DNA of 50,890 nt from a bacterium (lineage in GTDB: Bacteria > Ratteibacteria > UBA8468 > B48-G9 > JAFGKM01), in the NCBI GenBank assembly GCA_035371905.1, contig DAORXQ010000002.1, positions 1 through 50,890 of the forward strand, written 5' to 3'. The notes below the pieces were generated by a model. It made no database searches. It was not told the origin of the DNA and saw only the letters and a list, made by a program, of their open reading frames with translations. Below, one piece after another: positions 1 through 9,677 of the stretch (position 1 is its first letter; every line of letters begins with the position of its first letter). The translations under genes were made by a program, and so were the position numbers.

Positions 1-734
1 AGTTCAAAAGCAAGATATTCAGCAGCAGTTAATGCAATTCTTGGAGTTGATATTCTTTCAATTGCCGGTTCATCAGCAAGATTAATAAATATTACGCATC
101 TTTCAATTGCTCCTGTGCTTCTAAACTCTTCCTGGAAAAATTCTGCTTCTTCAAAAGTAATTCCCATAGCAGCAAAAACAATAGCAAATTTTTCTTCCTT
201 TTCAGTTAAAATTTTTGCCTGTTTTACTATCTGGGTTGCAAGTAAATTATGAGGTAACCCTGAACCTGAAAAAATAGGTAGTTTCTGACCTCTTACTAAA
301 CTGTTAAGTCCATCAATTGCTGAAATACCTGTTTGTATAAATTCAGATGGATAATCTCTTCTTGTTGGATTTATAGGAGAACCATTTATATTTAGATATT
401 TTTCAGGTATTATTTCAGGTCCACCATCTCTTACTTTCCCCAGTCCTGTAAAAATTCTTCCAAGGATAGAAGGAGAGACACCGAATTCTATTGGTTTTCC
501 TGTAAATCTAACTCTGATCTCACTTAAACTTAAACCAGAAGTTCCTTCAAAAACCTGAATAAGTGCTTTATCTTTTTCAACTTCAAGAACTTTTCCAAGC
601 CGTCTTTCCTCACTCTGCAAAATCTCAACAAGTTCACCATAACCAGCACCTTCAACTCCTTCAACCAGAATTAAAGGTCCTACTATATTTTTTACACTTT
701 CATATTTCTTTAAAGAATTTATTATGTTTTCCAT
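1..734 (-). CDS. atpB: V/A-type ATP synthase subunit B (N-terminal part; the C-terminus runs off the window edge)
   Basis: Absent from the ORF track because it is truncated by the window. Reverse-strand translation from the ATG at 734-732 reads [38 protein letters not shown]...[23 protein letters not shown]...[27 protein letters not shown]...[14 protein letters not shown]. This is the typical N-terminal barrel and start of the nucleotide-binding domain of V/A-ATPase B subunits. Confidence 0.85.
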   Translation of the reverse strand, partial: MENIINSLKKYESVKNIVGPLILVEGVEGAGYGELVEILQSEERRLGKVLEVEKDKALIQVFEGTSGLSLSEIRVRFTGKPIEFGVSPSILGRIFTGLGKVRDGGPEIIPEKYLNINGSPINPTRRDYPSEFIQTGISAIDGLNSLVRGQKLPIFSGSGLPHNLLATQIVKQAKILTEKEEKFAIVFAAMGITFEEAEFFQEEFRSTGAIERCVIFINLADEPAIERISTPRIALTAAEYLAFE

Positions 735-788
735 AATGAAATAGATTATAATAATAAAAAAAATATTGTCAAAAAATGGAGGAAAAAA

Positions 789-1805
789 ATGAGTATAAAT
801 TATAAAAAAGCAGGGGTGGATGAGGATAAGGCAGGAAAACTTGTTGAATTTATAAAAAGTAAAGCAAGAAAAACATTTACAGAAAATGTGATTGGAGATA
901 TTGGATTATTTGGTGGTTTTTTTAAAATTCCCCAAAATTACAAAAGTCCTGTTTTTGTATCATCTACAGATGGAGTTGGAACAAAAATTTTACTCGGTCA
1001 GGAAATGGGATTGTTTAAAAATCTCGGTATTGACCTTGTTGCAATGAATTGTAATGATGTTTCTGTCTGCGGAGCAAAAGTTTTATTTTTTCTTGACTAT
1101 ATTGCTGTTGGAGAACTTAAAGGAAATAGGGAAAAAGAAATTATAGAAGGTATTGTTGAAGGATGTAAAATGGCGGATTGTTCTTTAATAGGAGGAGAAA
1201 TAGCACAGATGAAGGATGTTTATGGAAAGGATGGATTTGACCTTGCTGGTTTTTGTGTTGGAATTGCTGAAAAGGATGAAATAATTGATGAAAAAAAGGT
1301 TAAAAAAGGGAATGTTTTAGTTGGTGTATCTTCAAATGGAGTTCACAGTAATGGATTTTCACTTATAAGGAAGGTTTTTAAAAAAAGAGATTATCATAAA
1401 TATTATGATGAACTTGGAAAAATTCTTGGAGAGGAACTTTTAAAATCAACATATATATATTCTCCTTTGCTTTTTGAGTTATTTTCTTTAAAATTGATAA
1501 ATGCATCTGCTCATATTACAGGAGGGGGTATTGAAGGAAATTTAATAAGGGTTTTACCAAAAAAAGTAAAATGTGTAATAAATAAAAATTCATGGGAAAT
1601 ACCTGTAATTTTCAGGATTATTCAGAAAGCAGGGGAAATACTAGAAAAGGAAATGTTTAATGTTTTTAATATGGGAATTGGACTTATTTTAATTGCTGAT
1701 AAAGATAACATAGAAAAAATTTTTGAAATAGTAAAAAAATATAATTTCAAACCATATGTTATTGGTGAAGTTAAAGAGGGTGAAAGAAAAGTAGAAATAT
1801 TATGA
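789..1805 (+). CDS. purM: Phosphoribosylformylglycinamidine cyclo-ligase (AIR synthetase)
   Basis: 338 aa. N-terminus [18 protein letters not shown], and the later GGIEGNL/FNMGIGL motifs typical of PurM. GGAGG-like RBS (tggaggaaaaaaATG). Confidence 0.95.
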   Translation: MSINYKKAGVDEDKAGKLVEFIKSKARKTFTENVIGDIGLFGGFFKIPQNYKSPVFVSSTDGVGTKILLGQEMGLFKNLGIDLVAMNCNDVSVCGAKVLFFLDYIAVGELKGNREKEIIEGIVEGCKMADCSLIGGEIAQMKDVYGKDGFDLAGFCVGIAEKDEIIDEKKVKKGNVLVGVSSNGVHSNGFSLIRKVFKKRDYHKYYDELGKILGEELLKSTYIYSPLLFELFSLKLINASAHITGGGIEGNLIRVLPKKVKCVINKNSWEIPVIFRIIQKAGEILEKEMFNVFNMGIGLILIADKDNIEKIFEIVKKYNFKPYVIGEVKEGERKVEIL

Positions 1806-3127
1806 AAATTCTCTTTATAAATCCTCCTGTTTATGATTTCTCTGCTTATGATTTATGGTCAAAACCACTTGGTTTTTTAAAAATAATAGATTTATTTAAG
1901 AAAAATGGTTTTGAAATTTTTTATTTTGATTTTATGGATAGAAACCACAGATTTTACGAAAACTTAAAAATTAAAAAAGGGAAATTTGGATGTGGAAATT
2001 ATTATTATGAAGAAGTGGAAAAACCAGAAATTTATAAAAATATTCCAAGAAAATACAAAAGATTTGGTTTACCTTTAAAGATTTTTTTTGAATTTCTGAA
2101 TAATTTAAAAAATCCGGATTTTATTTTTATAACAACAGGGATGACCTACTGGGTTTTTGGAGTTGAAGAAATTATCAAGGTGGTGAGAGAATTATATCCT
2201 GAAGTTCCTATTGTTATCGGTGGAATTTATGCAAGTTTCTGTTATGATGATGCAAGAAATTTAGGAGTTGATTATATTTTTAAAGGGAAAGATATTTTAA
2301 AGTTTGCCTGTGAGTTTTCTTCAAAATTTAGTGTAAATATTAAAATACCTGAGAAAATAGAGACATACTGGGATGTGTATGAAAAACTTGATTATCTTGT
2401 CGTAAAAACCTCTTATGGATGTCCATTTTCCTGCTGGTACTGTGGAATAAAACAGATTGAACCTGAATATAAAAAAAGAGACCATAATGATGTTGTAGAA
2501 GAAATAATTAAAAATGTTGAGAAATTTAAATTAGAAGATATTGCTTTTTATGATGATGCTTTATTTTTTGATTTTGAAAACCATCTTTATAAAATATTAG
2601 AGGGAATTAAAAAAACAGGTAAAAATTTGAGGTTTCATACACCTAATGGAATTCATCCAAAATTTATAGAAAAGGAAGTTGCTTATATTTTAAAAGATGT
2701 AAACTTTAAAACTATCCGCCTTTCACTTGAAACAATAGAGGAAAAGAGAAGGGAAGAATCAGGTTATAAAGTAAATTTTTCTGAATTTGAAAAATGTATA
2801 AAAAATCTTGTAGATGCAGGATTTACAGAAAAAGAAATAGGTGTTTATATACTTGCAGGACTTCCCGGGCAGACCCCAAAAGAAGTAATAAATACAATAA
2901 AAGTTTTAAAAAATTATCCTGTTAAAATAAAAATGGCTGAATATTCACCTATTCCTGAAACGGTTGATTTTGAAATTGCAAAAAATCTTTATCCTCATTT
3001 ACCCCTTTCTGACCCATTATTCCAGAATAATTCCATTTATCCACTCTGGAATTTTGAAAACAAATGGGAAATAATAAATCAGATAAAACAGATGATAAAA
3101 GATACCAAAATTGACAAATTTTTATAA
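1802..3127 (+). CDS. B12-binding-domain radical SAM protein, specific function unknown
   Basis: 441 aa. N-terminal MKILFINPP... Rossmann-like B12-type domain, then the radical SAM cluster motif CPFSCWYC (CxxxCxxC). ATGA overlap with the purM stop. Confidence 0.8.
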   Translation: MKILFINPPVYDFSAYDLWSKPLGFLKIIDLFKKNGFEIFYFDFMDRNHRFYENLKIKKGKFGCGNYYYEEVEKPEIYKNIPRKYKRFGLPLKIFFEFLNNLKNPDFIFITTGMTYWVFGVEEIIKVVRELYPEVPIVIGGIYASFCYDDARNLGVDYIFKGKDILKFACEFSSKFSVNIKIPEKIETYWDVYEKLDYLVVKTSYGCPFSCWYCGIKQIEPEYKKRDHNDVVEEIIKNVEKFKLEDIAFYDDALFFDFENHLYKILEGIKKTGKNLRFHTPNGIHPKFIEKEVAYILKDVNFKTIRLSLETIEEKRREESGYKVNFSEFEKCIKNLVDAGFTEKEIGVYILAGLPGQTPKEVINTIKVLKNYPVKIKMAEYSPIPETVDFEIAKNLYPHLPLSDPLFQNNSIYPLWNFENKWEIINQIKQMIKDTKIDKFL

Positions 3128-3183
3128 TGATATAAAATTTTTTTGTGGTTTTTTAATTGAAGATTTTAAAAAGGAGGTAAAGA

Positions 3184-3426
3184 ATGACTGCTATAATTGG
3201 TGGAATAATAGCAATAGCGATTGGATTGTGGCTTATTTTTCCAGGTCCTCTCGGACAGGCAACAAAATGGTTTATAGGTGGAGGGTTAGTTGTTATGCTT
3301 ATACTTGGTGGAATAATTGCTGTTGCAGCAGGAATTTCAGATATAAAAGATAGAATAGAAGAAAAGAGGGAAAAAGAGAAGGAAGAAGAGAAAAAAGAAT
3401 CAGAAATTGAAAAGAAAGAGGGTTAA
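3184..3426 (+). CDS. Small two-helix membrane protein with a Glu/Lys-rich C-terminal tail
   Basis: 80 aa. Strong RBS aaaaggaggtaaagaATG. Two Gly/Ile-rich hydrophobic helices followed by RIEEKREKEKEEEKKESEIEKKEG. Preferred over the overlapping 3111..3353 ORF, which has no RBS and an odd composition. Confidence 0.55.
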   Translation: MTAIIGGIIAIAIGLWLIFPGPLGQATKWFIGGGLVVMLILGGIIAVAAGISDIKDRIEEKREKEKEEEKKESEIEKKEG

Positions 3427-5870
3427 TCTTTTAAAACTATATTTATAATCTTATTTTTAACATAAATCTTTTTGACTACATTTTTTCCTTCAATAAATTT
3501 TTTGAATTTTTCAGAGTTTTTTATTAACTCATAAATCTGTTCCACATCATACTCAGAAGGTATTTCAATATTACCTCTTATTTTTCCATTTATCTGGACG
3601 CCTATATTTATTTTTTCTCCCTGTATTTCTGTTTCTTCATAAGAAGGCCATGACTCATTAAATAAAAATTCCTTTTCACCTAAATTTTCCCATAATTCAT
3701 CACAAATATGAGGAATAAAAGGATAGAGTAACTTAATAAATTTTTTCCATGATTCAATCAGTAAATTTTTTGAAATAGTTTTTTCGTTTACCTCTCTGTA
3801 AAGGAAATTAACAAATTCCATCATTTTTGCTATTGCGGTGTTAAATTGAAATTCTTTTTCTATATCCTCTGTTACTCCTTTTACTGTTTTATTTATCATA
3901 ATTTTTAAATTTTCATCATTTTTGCCTTTAAGTAAATCATAATTTTTTATCTCAAAATGTAATCTCCAGATTCTATTTAAAAATCTCCAGCAACCCTCAA
4001 TCCCTTTTGCGCTCCATTCAAGGTCAACTTCAGGAGGTGCAGCAAAGAGTATAAAGAGCCGTAAAGTATCTGCACCATAGTTTTTTATTATATCCTCAGG
4101 GTCAACCACATTTCCTTTAGATTTTGACATTTTTGCTCCATCCTTTATCACCATACCCTGACATAATAAATTTTCAAATGGTTCTTCAAAATCAACATAT
4201 CCCATATCTTTCAAAACTTTTACGAAAAATCTGCTGTAAAGTAAATGTAAAATTGCATGTTCTATCCCTCCAATATACTGGTCAACAGGCATCCAGTAAT
4301 TAACCTCATTTTTATCAAATGGTTTATTTTGAATATCTTTTGAAGCATATCTTAAAAAATACCAGGATGAATCAACAAAAGTATCCATTGTGTCTGTTTC
4401 TCTTTCTGCATCATTTCCACAAACAGGACATTTACAATTCAAAAATTCAGGTACATATTTTAAAGGTGATTCTCCCTTTCCTGTTATTTTTACATTATCA
4501 GGAAGTTTGACAGGTAAATTTTCTTCTTTTTCTGTAACAATTCCACATTTTTTACAATAAATGATTGGAATAGGAGTTCCCCAGTATCTCTGTCTTGAAA
4601 TACACCAGTCCTTCAATCTATAATATACTGCTTTTTTACCTTTATTATGTTTTTCTAAATATTTCCTGACCTCTTCTTTTCCTTTTTCACTATCAAGTCC
4701 ATCAAAAATTCCTGAATTTATCATAATTCCAGGTCCTTCATATGCCTTTTCAATTTTTTCCGGCATTTGTTCCCAATCTGGATTTTTAATCACTATTTTA
4801 ACCGGTAAATTATATTTTTCTGCAAACTCAAAATCTCTCTGGTCATGAGCAGGAACAGCCATAACAGCACCTGTTCCGTATTCCATCAAAACATAATTGC
4901 CAATCCAGACAGGTATTTTTTCCTGTGTTACAGGATGAATTGCAGATATTCCTGTTTCAACTCCCTCTTTTTCAAGTTTTAAAATATCAGCGACTGTTAA
5001 ACTTGCTTTTTTTGCTTTATCTATAAAGGATTGTATATGTTGCTTTCTGGAACTTATTTTCATTATTTTTTCAACTAATGGATGATATGGTGAAAGTACA
5101 ATATAAGTTACACCCATTAAAGTATCACTTCTTGTTGTAAAAACTTTAATATCTTCTTCAAGTTCTGGTATAGAAAAATATATTTCACATCCTTCACTTT
5201 TTCCAATCCAGTTTTTCTGCATTGTTATTACTCTTTCAGGCCAGTTTTTTATACCAGAAAAATCAAGTAATCTTTCAGCATATTCAGTAATTTTTATAAA
5301 CCACTGTTCAAGATTTTTATTTTCTACAATTTCACCACATCTCCAGCATTTTCCGTCAATTACCTGCTCATTTGCAAGAACAGTTTCACAGGAAGGACAC
5401 CAGTTAGCAGGTGCTTTCTTTTTATATGCAAGACCTCTTTTGAAAAATTGAATGAAAAAAAACTGATTCCATCTGTAATATTCAGGGTCACAGGTTATTA
5501 CTTCTCTTTCCCAGCAATAGGATATTCCAAGTCGTTTTAACTGTCTTGTTATAGTTGAAATATTATTATATGTCCATTCTTTGGGATGAATTTTCTGTTT
5601 TATTGCCGCATTTTCAGCAGGTAATCCAAAAGCATCATAACCAATTGGATGTAAAATATTATATCCATTCATAACTTTATATCTTGCGACAACATCTCCA
5701 ATTGTATAATTTCTTACATGACCCATATGAATTTGTGCAGAAGTATATGGAAACATTTCGAGAATATAAAATTTCTTTTTATTTGGTTCATATTTTGCTT
5801 CAAAAACATTATTTTCTTCCCATTTTTTCTGCCATTTAATTTCTATCTTTTCAGGTTCATATCTTTCCAT
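3423..5870 (-). CDS. leuS: Leucine--tRNA ligase
   Basis: 815 aa. HIGH-type motif (AQIHMGHVRNY), KMSKS motif (GAKMSKSKGN) and Zn-type CxxC pairs. GGAG RBS upstream. Confidence 0.97.
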   Translation of the reverse strand: MERYEPEKIEIKWQKKWEENNVFEAKYEPNKKKFYILEMFPYTSAQIHMGHVRNYTIGDVVARYKVMNGYNILHPIGYDAFGLPAENAAIKQKIHPKEWTYNNISTITRQLKRLGISYCWEREVITCDPEYYRWNQFFFIQFFKRGLAYKKKAPANWCPSCETVLANEQVIDGKCWRCGEIVENKNLEQWFIKITEYAERLLDFSGIKNWPERVITMQKNWIGKSEGCEIYFSIPELEEDIKVFTTRSDTLMGVTYIVLSPYHPLVEKIMKISSRKQHIQSFIDKAKKASLTVADILKLEKEGVETGISAIHPVTQEKIPVWIGNYVLMEYGTGAVMAVPAHDQRDFEFAEKYNLPVKIVIKNPDWEQMPEKIEKAYEGPGIMINSGIFDGLDSEKGKEEVRKYLEKHNKGKKAVYYRLKDWCISRQRYWGTPIPIIYCKKCGIVTEKEENLPVKLPDNVKITGKGESPLKYVPEFLNCKCPVCGNDAERETDTMDTFVDSSWYFLRYASKDIQNKPFDKNEVNYWMPVDQYIGGIEHAILHLLYSRFFVKVLKDMGYVDFEEPFENLLCQGMVIKDGAKMSKSKGNVVDPEDIIKNYGADTLRLFILFAAPPEVDLEWSAKGIEGCWRFLNRIWRLHFEIKNYDLLKGKNDENLKIMINKTVKGVTEDIEKEFQFNTAIAKMMEFVNFLYREVNEKTISKNLLIESWKKFIKLLYPFIPHICDELWENLGEKEFLFNESWPSYEETEIQGEKINIGVQINGKIRGNIEIPSEYDVEQIYELIKNSEKFKKFIEGKNVVKKIYVKNKIINIVLKD

Positions 5871-6687
5871 ATTTTTCTCCTATTTTTTTTAGAATTTCAA
5901 TATTCTTTTTATCTTCCTTCAAACTTAATTTTGGTGTTTCTATGATATAGGATAAATTTCCAAAATATTCGTCTTTTATAATTTCTTCAAAACCTTTTAT
6001 TCCTATTTTCCCTTTTCCTATATGCTCATGCCTGTCTGTTTTTGAATTAAGTTCTGTTTTTGAATCATTAGCATGAATTAATAAAATATAACTCAAAGGG
6101 ATAAATTTTTCAATATTTTCTTTAACTTTTTCAAAATTTTTGAGATTATATCCTGACTGAAAAGCATGAGCGGTATCAAAACACACTCCAAAATTATCTC
6201 CTAATCTGTCAAATAGAAATGAAAAGTGTTCAAATTTATATCCAATAGAAGTTCCCTGTCCTGATGTATTTTCTAATAATATTTTGATTTTACTGATTGA
6301 AAAATTTTTGAGTGTATTTATAACATTCTCAATTCCCTTTTTTTCTCCAATTCCTTTATGAAAACCCGGATGTAAAACATAAAAATCAGCTTTTAAATTT
6401 TCACTTTCTTCAATTTCTTTTTCAAGCAGTTGCACAATTTTCTTTTTTTCCTTAATATTATTTTCTGCAACATTTAAAATGTAAGGCATATGAATTACAA
6501 TCGGTTTTATTTTTTTTAATTTTATTTTTTCTCTGAACCTTATTATTTCTTCTATGCTTTTTTCTTTTCTTTTCCAACTTCTCGGATTTGAAAGAAAAAT
6601 TTGAAAACAATTACATCCCAGATATTCACAGTATTCCAGTGTTTTTTCAATTCCTTCTCCAATCCATAAATGAGCACCCACGCGCAT
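5857..6687 (-). CDS. nfo: Deoxyribonuclease IV (endonuclease IV, AP endonuclease family 2)
   Basis: 276 aa. TIM-barrel AP endonuclease pattern: VGAH..., VLHPG, CFDTAHAF, IHANDS, DRHEHIGKG. 14-nt overlap with the leuS start. Confidence 0.9.
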   Translation of the reverse strand: MRVGAHLWIGEGIEKTLEYCEYLGCNCFQIFLSNPRSWKRKEKSIEEIIRFREKIKLKKIKPIVIHMPYILNVAENNIKEKKKIVQLLEKEIEESENLKADFYVLHPGFHKGIGEKKGIENVINTLKNFSISKIKILLENTSGQGTSIGYKFEHFSFLFDRLGDNFGVCFDTAHAFQSGYNLKNFEKVKENIEKFIPLSYILLIHANDSKTELNSKTDRHEHIGKGKIGIKGFEEIIKDEYFGNLSYIIETPKLSLKEDKKNIEILKKIGEKYGKI

Positions 6688-6725
6688 AGAAAAATTTTAG
6701 TTTTTAAAATACTATCAGTCAAAAT

Positions 6726-6753
6726 TTGACAGAAAATTTTATAGTGCTATATT
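6726..6753 (+). promoter_or_regulatory. Candidate sigma70-type promoter for the sugar/oxidoreductase cluster, overlapped by a 13-bp palindrome
   Basis: TTGACA at 6726-6731, a 16-nt spacer, then TGcTATATT (extended -10) at 6745-6753. The palindrome GTCAAA-A-TTTGAC at 6718-6730 overlaps the -35. It lies about 45 nt upstream of the RBS/ATG at 6799. Confidence 0.35.
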
Positions 6754-6798
6754 TAATTTTTAAAATCAAAGATATTAAATCAAAAAAGGAGGTTAAAG

Positions 6799-7602
6799 AT
6801 GAAAATAGGATGTCAGGAGGGGCTTTTACCTGGAAGAGATTTAAGTGAAAAGTTTGAAATTGCAAGAAAAATTGGTTTTGAAGGAATAGAGGTGTGGGGA
6901 AGAGGATTACTTGAGGTACCTGAAAAAATTGATGAATATAAAAAAATTTCAGAAAAGATAGGTATTAAGATTTCAAGTATATGTGCTGGTTACAGAAATT
7001 TTTTACTTGAAGCAGAAAAAGAAAACAGAACAAAAGCAAGAGAAGATATAAAAAAATTGCTTGAAATAGGTAAAGAACTGGAAGTAATTGGTTTAATTCT
7101 TGTTCCAATTTTTGGTTCTCCAAAAGTCCCTGATTTAACTCCTTATAAAAATGCTTATGAACTTGAAAAAGAATTGCTATTTTCACAATTACCAGAAATA
7201 GTTGAAAAAGCAGAAGAAACAAAATGTGCTTTATTACTTGAACCATTAAATAGGTATGAGACACATTTTTTAAACAGATTGGAACAGGCGGTTGAATATT
7301 GTGAAAAGATAAATAGTCCATATTTAAAAATAATGGCAGATTTTTTCCATATGAGTATAGAAGAAGCAGATATTGCTGAATCAATAGAAAGAGCAGGAAA
7401 ATGGATTGCTCATGTTCATCTTGCTGATAGTAATAGAATTTTACCTGGTATGGGACATACAGATTTTGAAAGTGGATTTAAGGCACTTAAGAAGATTAAT
7501 TTTGAAAATTATATGGTTCTTGAATGTGGAGTTCCTGAACCAAGAAAAGAAAATTTAAGAAAAAGTTTTAATTTTATGAAAAATATTTTGAATAAAATTT
7601 AA
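6799..7602 (+). CDS. Sugar phosphate isomerase/epimerase (xylose isomerase-like TIM barrel)
   Basis: 267 aa. AP_endonuc_2/xylose-isomerase-like pattern (GFEGIEVW..., LLLEPLNRYET, HVHLADSNR, E..). RBS aaaggaggttaaagATG. Confidence 0.85.
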   Translation: MKIGCQEGLLPGRDLSEKFEIARKIGFEGIEVWGRGLLEVPEKIDEYKKISEKIGIKISSICAGYRNFLLEAEKENRTKAREDIKKLLEIGKELEVIGLILVPIFGSPKVPDLTPYKNAYELEKELLFSQLPEIVEKAEETKCALLLEPLNRYETHFLNRLEQAVEYCEKINSPYLKIMADFFHMSIEEADIAESIERAGKWIAHVHLADSNRILPGMGHTDFESGFKALKKINFENYMVLECGVPEPRKENLRKSFNFMKNILNKI

Positions 7603-7618
7603 AAGGAGGAAATAAAAA

Positions 7619-8590
7619 ATGGAAATAAAAATTAGTTTTATTGGTTGTGGAGGAATTGCAAATGCTCATATGAATGCTTTATCAAAAATAGAAGGAGTGA
7701 AATTTGTAGGAATGTGTGATGTGGATGAAAATAAAGCAAAAGCAGCAAGTGAAAAATTTGGAGGCAAAGTTTATACTGACTATAAGAAAATGCTTGAACA
7801 ACTTGAATTAGATGCCTGTTATATATGTGTCCCTCCTTTTGCTCATGAAGAACAGGAGGAGATGTGTATAGAAAAAAATATTCCATTTCTTGTTGAAAAG
7901 CCAATTCATTTAAATAAAAATAAGGTTAAAAAAATTGTTGAGAAAATAAAAGAGAAAAATTTAATAACTGCTGTTGGTTATCAAGATAGATATCAGGATA
8001 TAATTGCCTATATTAAGCCATTTTTTTCTGAAGGTAATCTTGGATTTTTTGCTGGCTGGTGGGTTGGAGGAATGCCTGGTGTTTACTGGTGGAGAAGAAA
8101 AGAAATGTCAGGAGGACAGGCAGTTGAACAAACAACACATATTTTTGATATGGCAAGATATCTTGTTGGAGAACCTGTTGAAGTTTTTGCAGTAAAGAGG
8201 GTAGGACTTATGAAAGATGTTGAAAATTATAATGTTGAGGATGCTTCTGCGGTTAGTGTTTATTTTGAAGATGGGACTTTTGGAGTTATATTTTCAGGTT
8301 GTTTTTTGAAAGTCCCAGGTAAATGTGGACTTGATTTTTATTTTAAAGACAAAACTATTGAATACACAGAAAGACACAAAATAAAGATAAACTATGGAAA
8401 TAAAATTGAGGAGATTTATGAAAAAGGAGACCTTTTACTTAAAGAAGATAGTGCATTTATAGAGGCGGTCAGGACGAAAAATCAGTCCTTAATAAAATCA
8501 TCTTATGAAGATGGTTATAAATCTCTTATGTTTACTTTATATGCAAATGAGGCAATGGAAAAAAACAAAGTTGTAAAAGTAAAATATTAA
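7619..8590 (+). CDS. Gfo/Idh/MocA family NAD(P)-dependent oxidoreductase
   Basis: 323 aa. N-terminal Rossmann ISFIGCGGIANAH and the EKP motif (LVEKPI). Confidence 0.85.
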   Translation: MEIKISFIGCGGIANAHMNALSKIEGVKFVGMCDVDENKAKAASEKFGGKVYTDYKKMLEQLELDACYICVPPFAHEEQEEMCIEKNIPFLVEKPIHLNKNKVKKIVEKIKEKNLITAVGYQDRYQDIIAYIKPFFSEGNLGFFAGWWVGGMPGVYWWRRKEMSGGQAVEQTTHIFDMARYLVGEPVEVFAVKRVGLMKDVENYNVEDASAVSVYFEDGTFGVIFSGCFLKVPGKCGLDFYFKDKTIEYTERHKIKINYGNKIEEIYEKGDLLLKEDSAFIEAVRTKNQSLIKSSYEDGYKSLMFTLYANEAMEKNKVVKVKY

Positions 8591-8609
8591 AAATTTAAGG
8601 AGGTAAAAA

Positions 8610-9674
8610 ATGATAAAGATAGGAATTATAGGAGCAGGGGGTATTTCTCAGGTAGCACATATCCCAAATTTTCAGAAAATAGATGGTGTTAAAGTTGAAG
8701 CAATATGTGATATAAATGAAGAAAAATTGAATTATGTAGCAGATAAGTTTAATATTCCAAAAAAATTTACTGACTGGGAAAAAATGGTTGAAGAAGATAT
8801 GGATGCTGTTGTTATATGTTCTCCTAATGTATTTCATGCTGTTCAGTCAATAAAAGCAATGGAAAACGGGAAACATGTTTTATGTGAAAAACCAATATGT
8901 TTAACTGTAAAAGAGGCAGAAGACATATTTAAAACTGTTGAAAAAACAAAAAAAGTTTTTATGGGTGCTTTTCCGAGAAGATTTCTTGGAGAAACAATGG
9001 TGTTAAAAAAACTTGTAAATGATGGATTTTTTGGAGAGATTTATTATTTAAAAGCAAGTTATTTAAGGAGAAGAGGAATACCTGGCCTTGGAACATGGTT
9101 TACAAGTAAAAAACTTGCTGGTGGAGGTCCTATGATGGATGTTGGAGTTCATATGATAGATATGGTTTTATATATTGCAGGGTTAACAGACCCAAAAATA
9201 GTTTTTGGAGCGACATTTGAAAAGTTTAAGGATAAAGCAGTTGACGGTGGATGGCCTCCTGCTGAAACAAGGAAAGGAGATAAACCTACAGGAAAAATGG
9301 AAGTAGAGGATTTGGCAAATGGTTTTGTTAAATTTTCAAATGGAGCGGTTCTTTTTGTAGAGGCAAGTTGGGCTGGAAATTCTGAGGTTGGACTTAAAGG
9401 TAGTTTATTTGGAACAAAAGCAGGTGCACAATTACCAGACCCTCTTGATAATAAAAATCCAGTCAGAATTTATACTGAAACGAATGGAGTAGTAAGTGAT
9501 ATTATCCCTGAGATTCCAAAAATAGATACATATTTTGAAGAGGTTAAACATTTTATTGAGTGTATTAGAGAAGGAAAACAGCCAATTACAAAAAAGGAAG
9601 AAATAATAGGTGTAGTTAAAATAATTGAGGGTATATATAAATCCGCAGAGAAAAACGGACCTATTATATTTTAA
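8610..9674 (+). CDS. Gfo/Idh/MocA family NAD(P)-dependent oxidoreductase
   Basis: 354 aa. IGIIGAGGISQ, CEKPI, and the GGGPMMDVGVHMIDM C-terminal domain motif. RBS aaggaggtaaaaaATG. Confidence 0.9.
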   Translation: MIKIGIIGAGGISQVAHIPNFQKIDGVKVEAICDINEEKLNYVADKFNIPKKFTDWEKMVEEDMDAVVICSPNVFHAVQSIKAMENGKHVLCEKPICLTVKEAEDIFKTVEKTKKVFMGAFPRRFLGETMVLKKLVNDGFFGEIYYLKASYLRRRGIPGLGTWFTSKKLAGGGPMMDVGVHMIDMVLYIAGLTDPKIVFGATFEKFKDKAVDGGWPPAETRKGDKPTGKMEVEDLANGFVKFSNGAVLFVEASWAGNSEVGLKGSLFGTKAGAQLPDPLDNKNPVRIYTETNGVVSDIIPEIPKIDTYFEEVKHFIECIREGKQPITKKEEIIGVVKIIEGIYKSAEKNGPIIF

Positions 9675-9677
9675 AAA

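Noticed and set aside
3111-3353. 80-aa ORF overlapping the end of the radical SAM gene and the 3184..3426 ORF
   Set aside because: It has no RBS and a Trp/Asn/Cys/Arg-rich, implausible composition. The alternative frame (3184..3426) has a strong RBS and clean transmembrane helices.
3355-3423. Poly-Glu/Lys coding stretch (gaagaaaagagggaaaaagagaaggaagaagag...) as a possible purine-rich regulatory or repeat element
   Set aside because: It is in frame as the C-terminal tail of the 80-aa membrane ORF, so it is best explained as a low-complexity coding sequence.
6965-7384. 139-aa antisense ORF inside the TIM-barrel isomerase gene. Similar antisense ORFs occur at 7638..7904, 8595..8837, 9706..9906, 11819..12049, 14881..15144, 16765..17025, 17112..17522, 18651..18887, 19185..19481, 22534..22734, 29708..29899, 31411..31811, 35418..35609, 35914..36096, 36765..36968, 37385..37915, 39640..39879, 41465..41665, 44202..44417 and 50253..50465.
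   Set aside because: All are nested in, and antisense or out of frame to, ORFs with clear family signatures. The compositions are Leu/Phe/Ser-rich with no recognisable motifs or RBS. They are treated as shadow ORFs.
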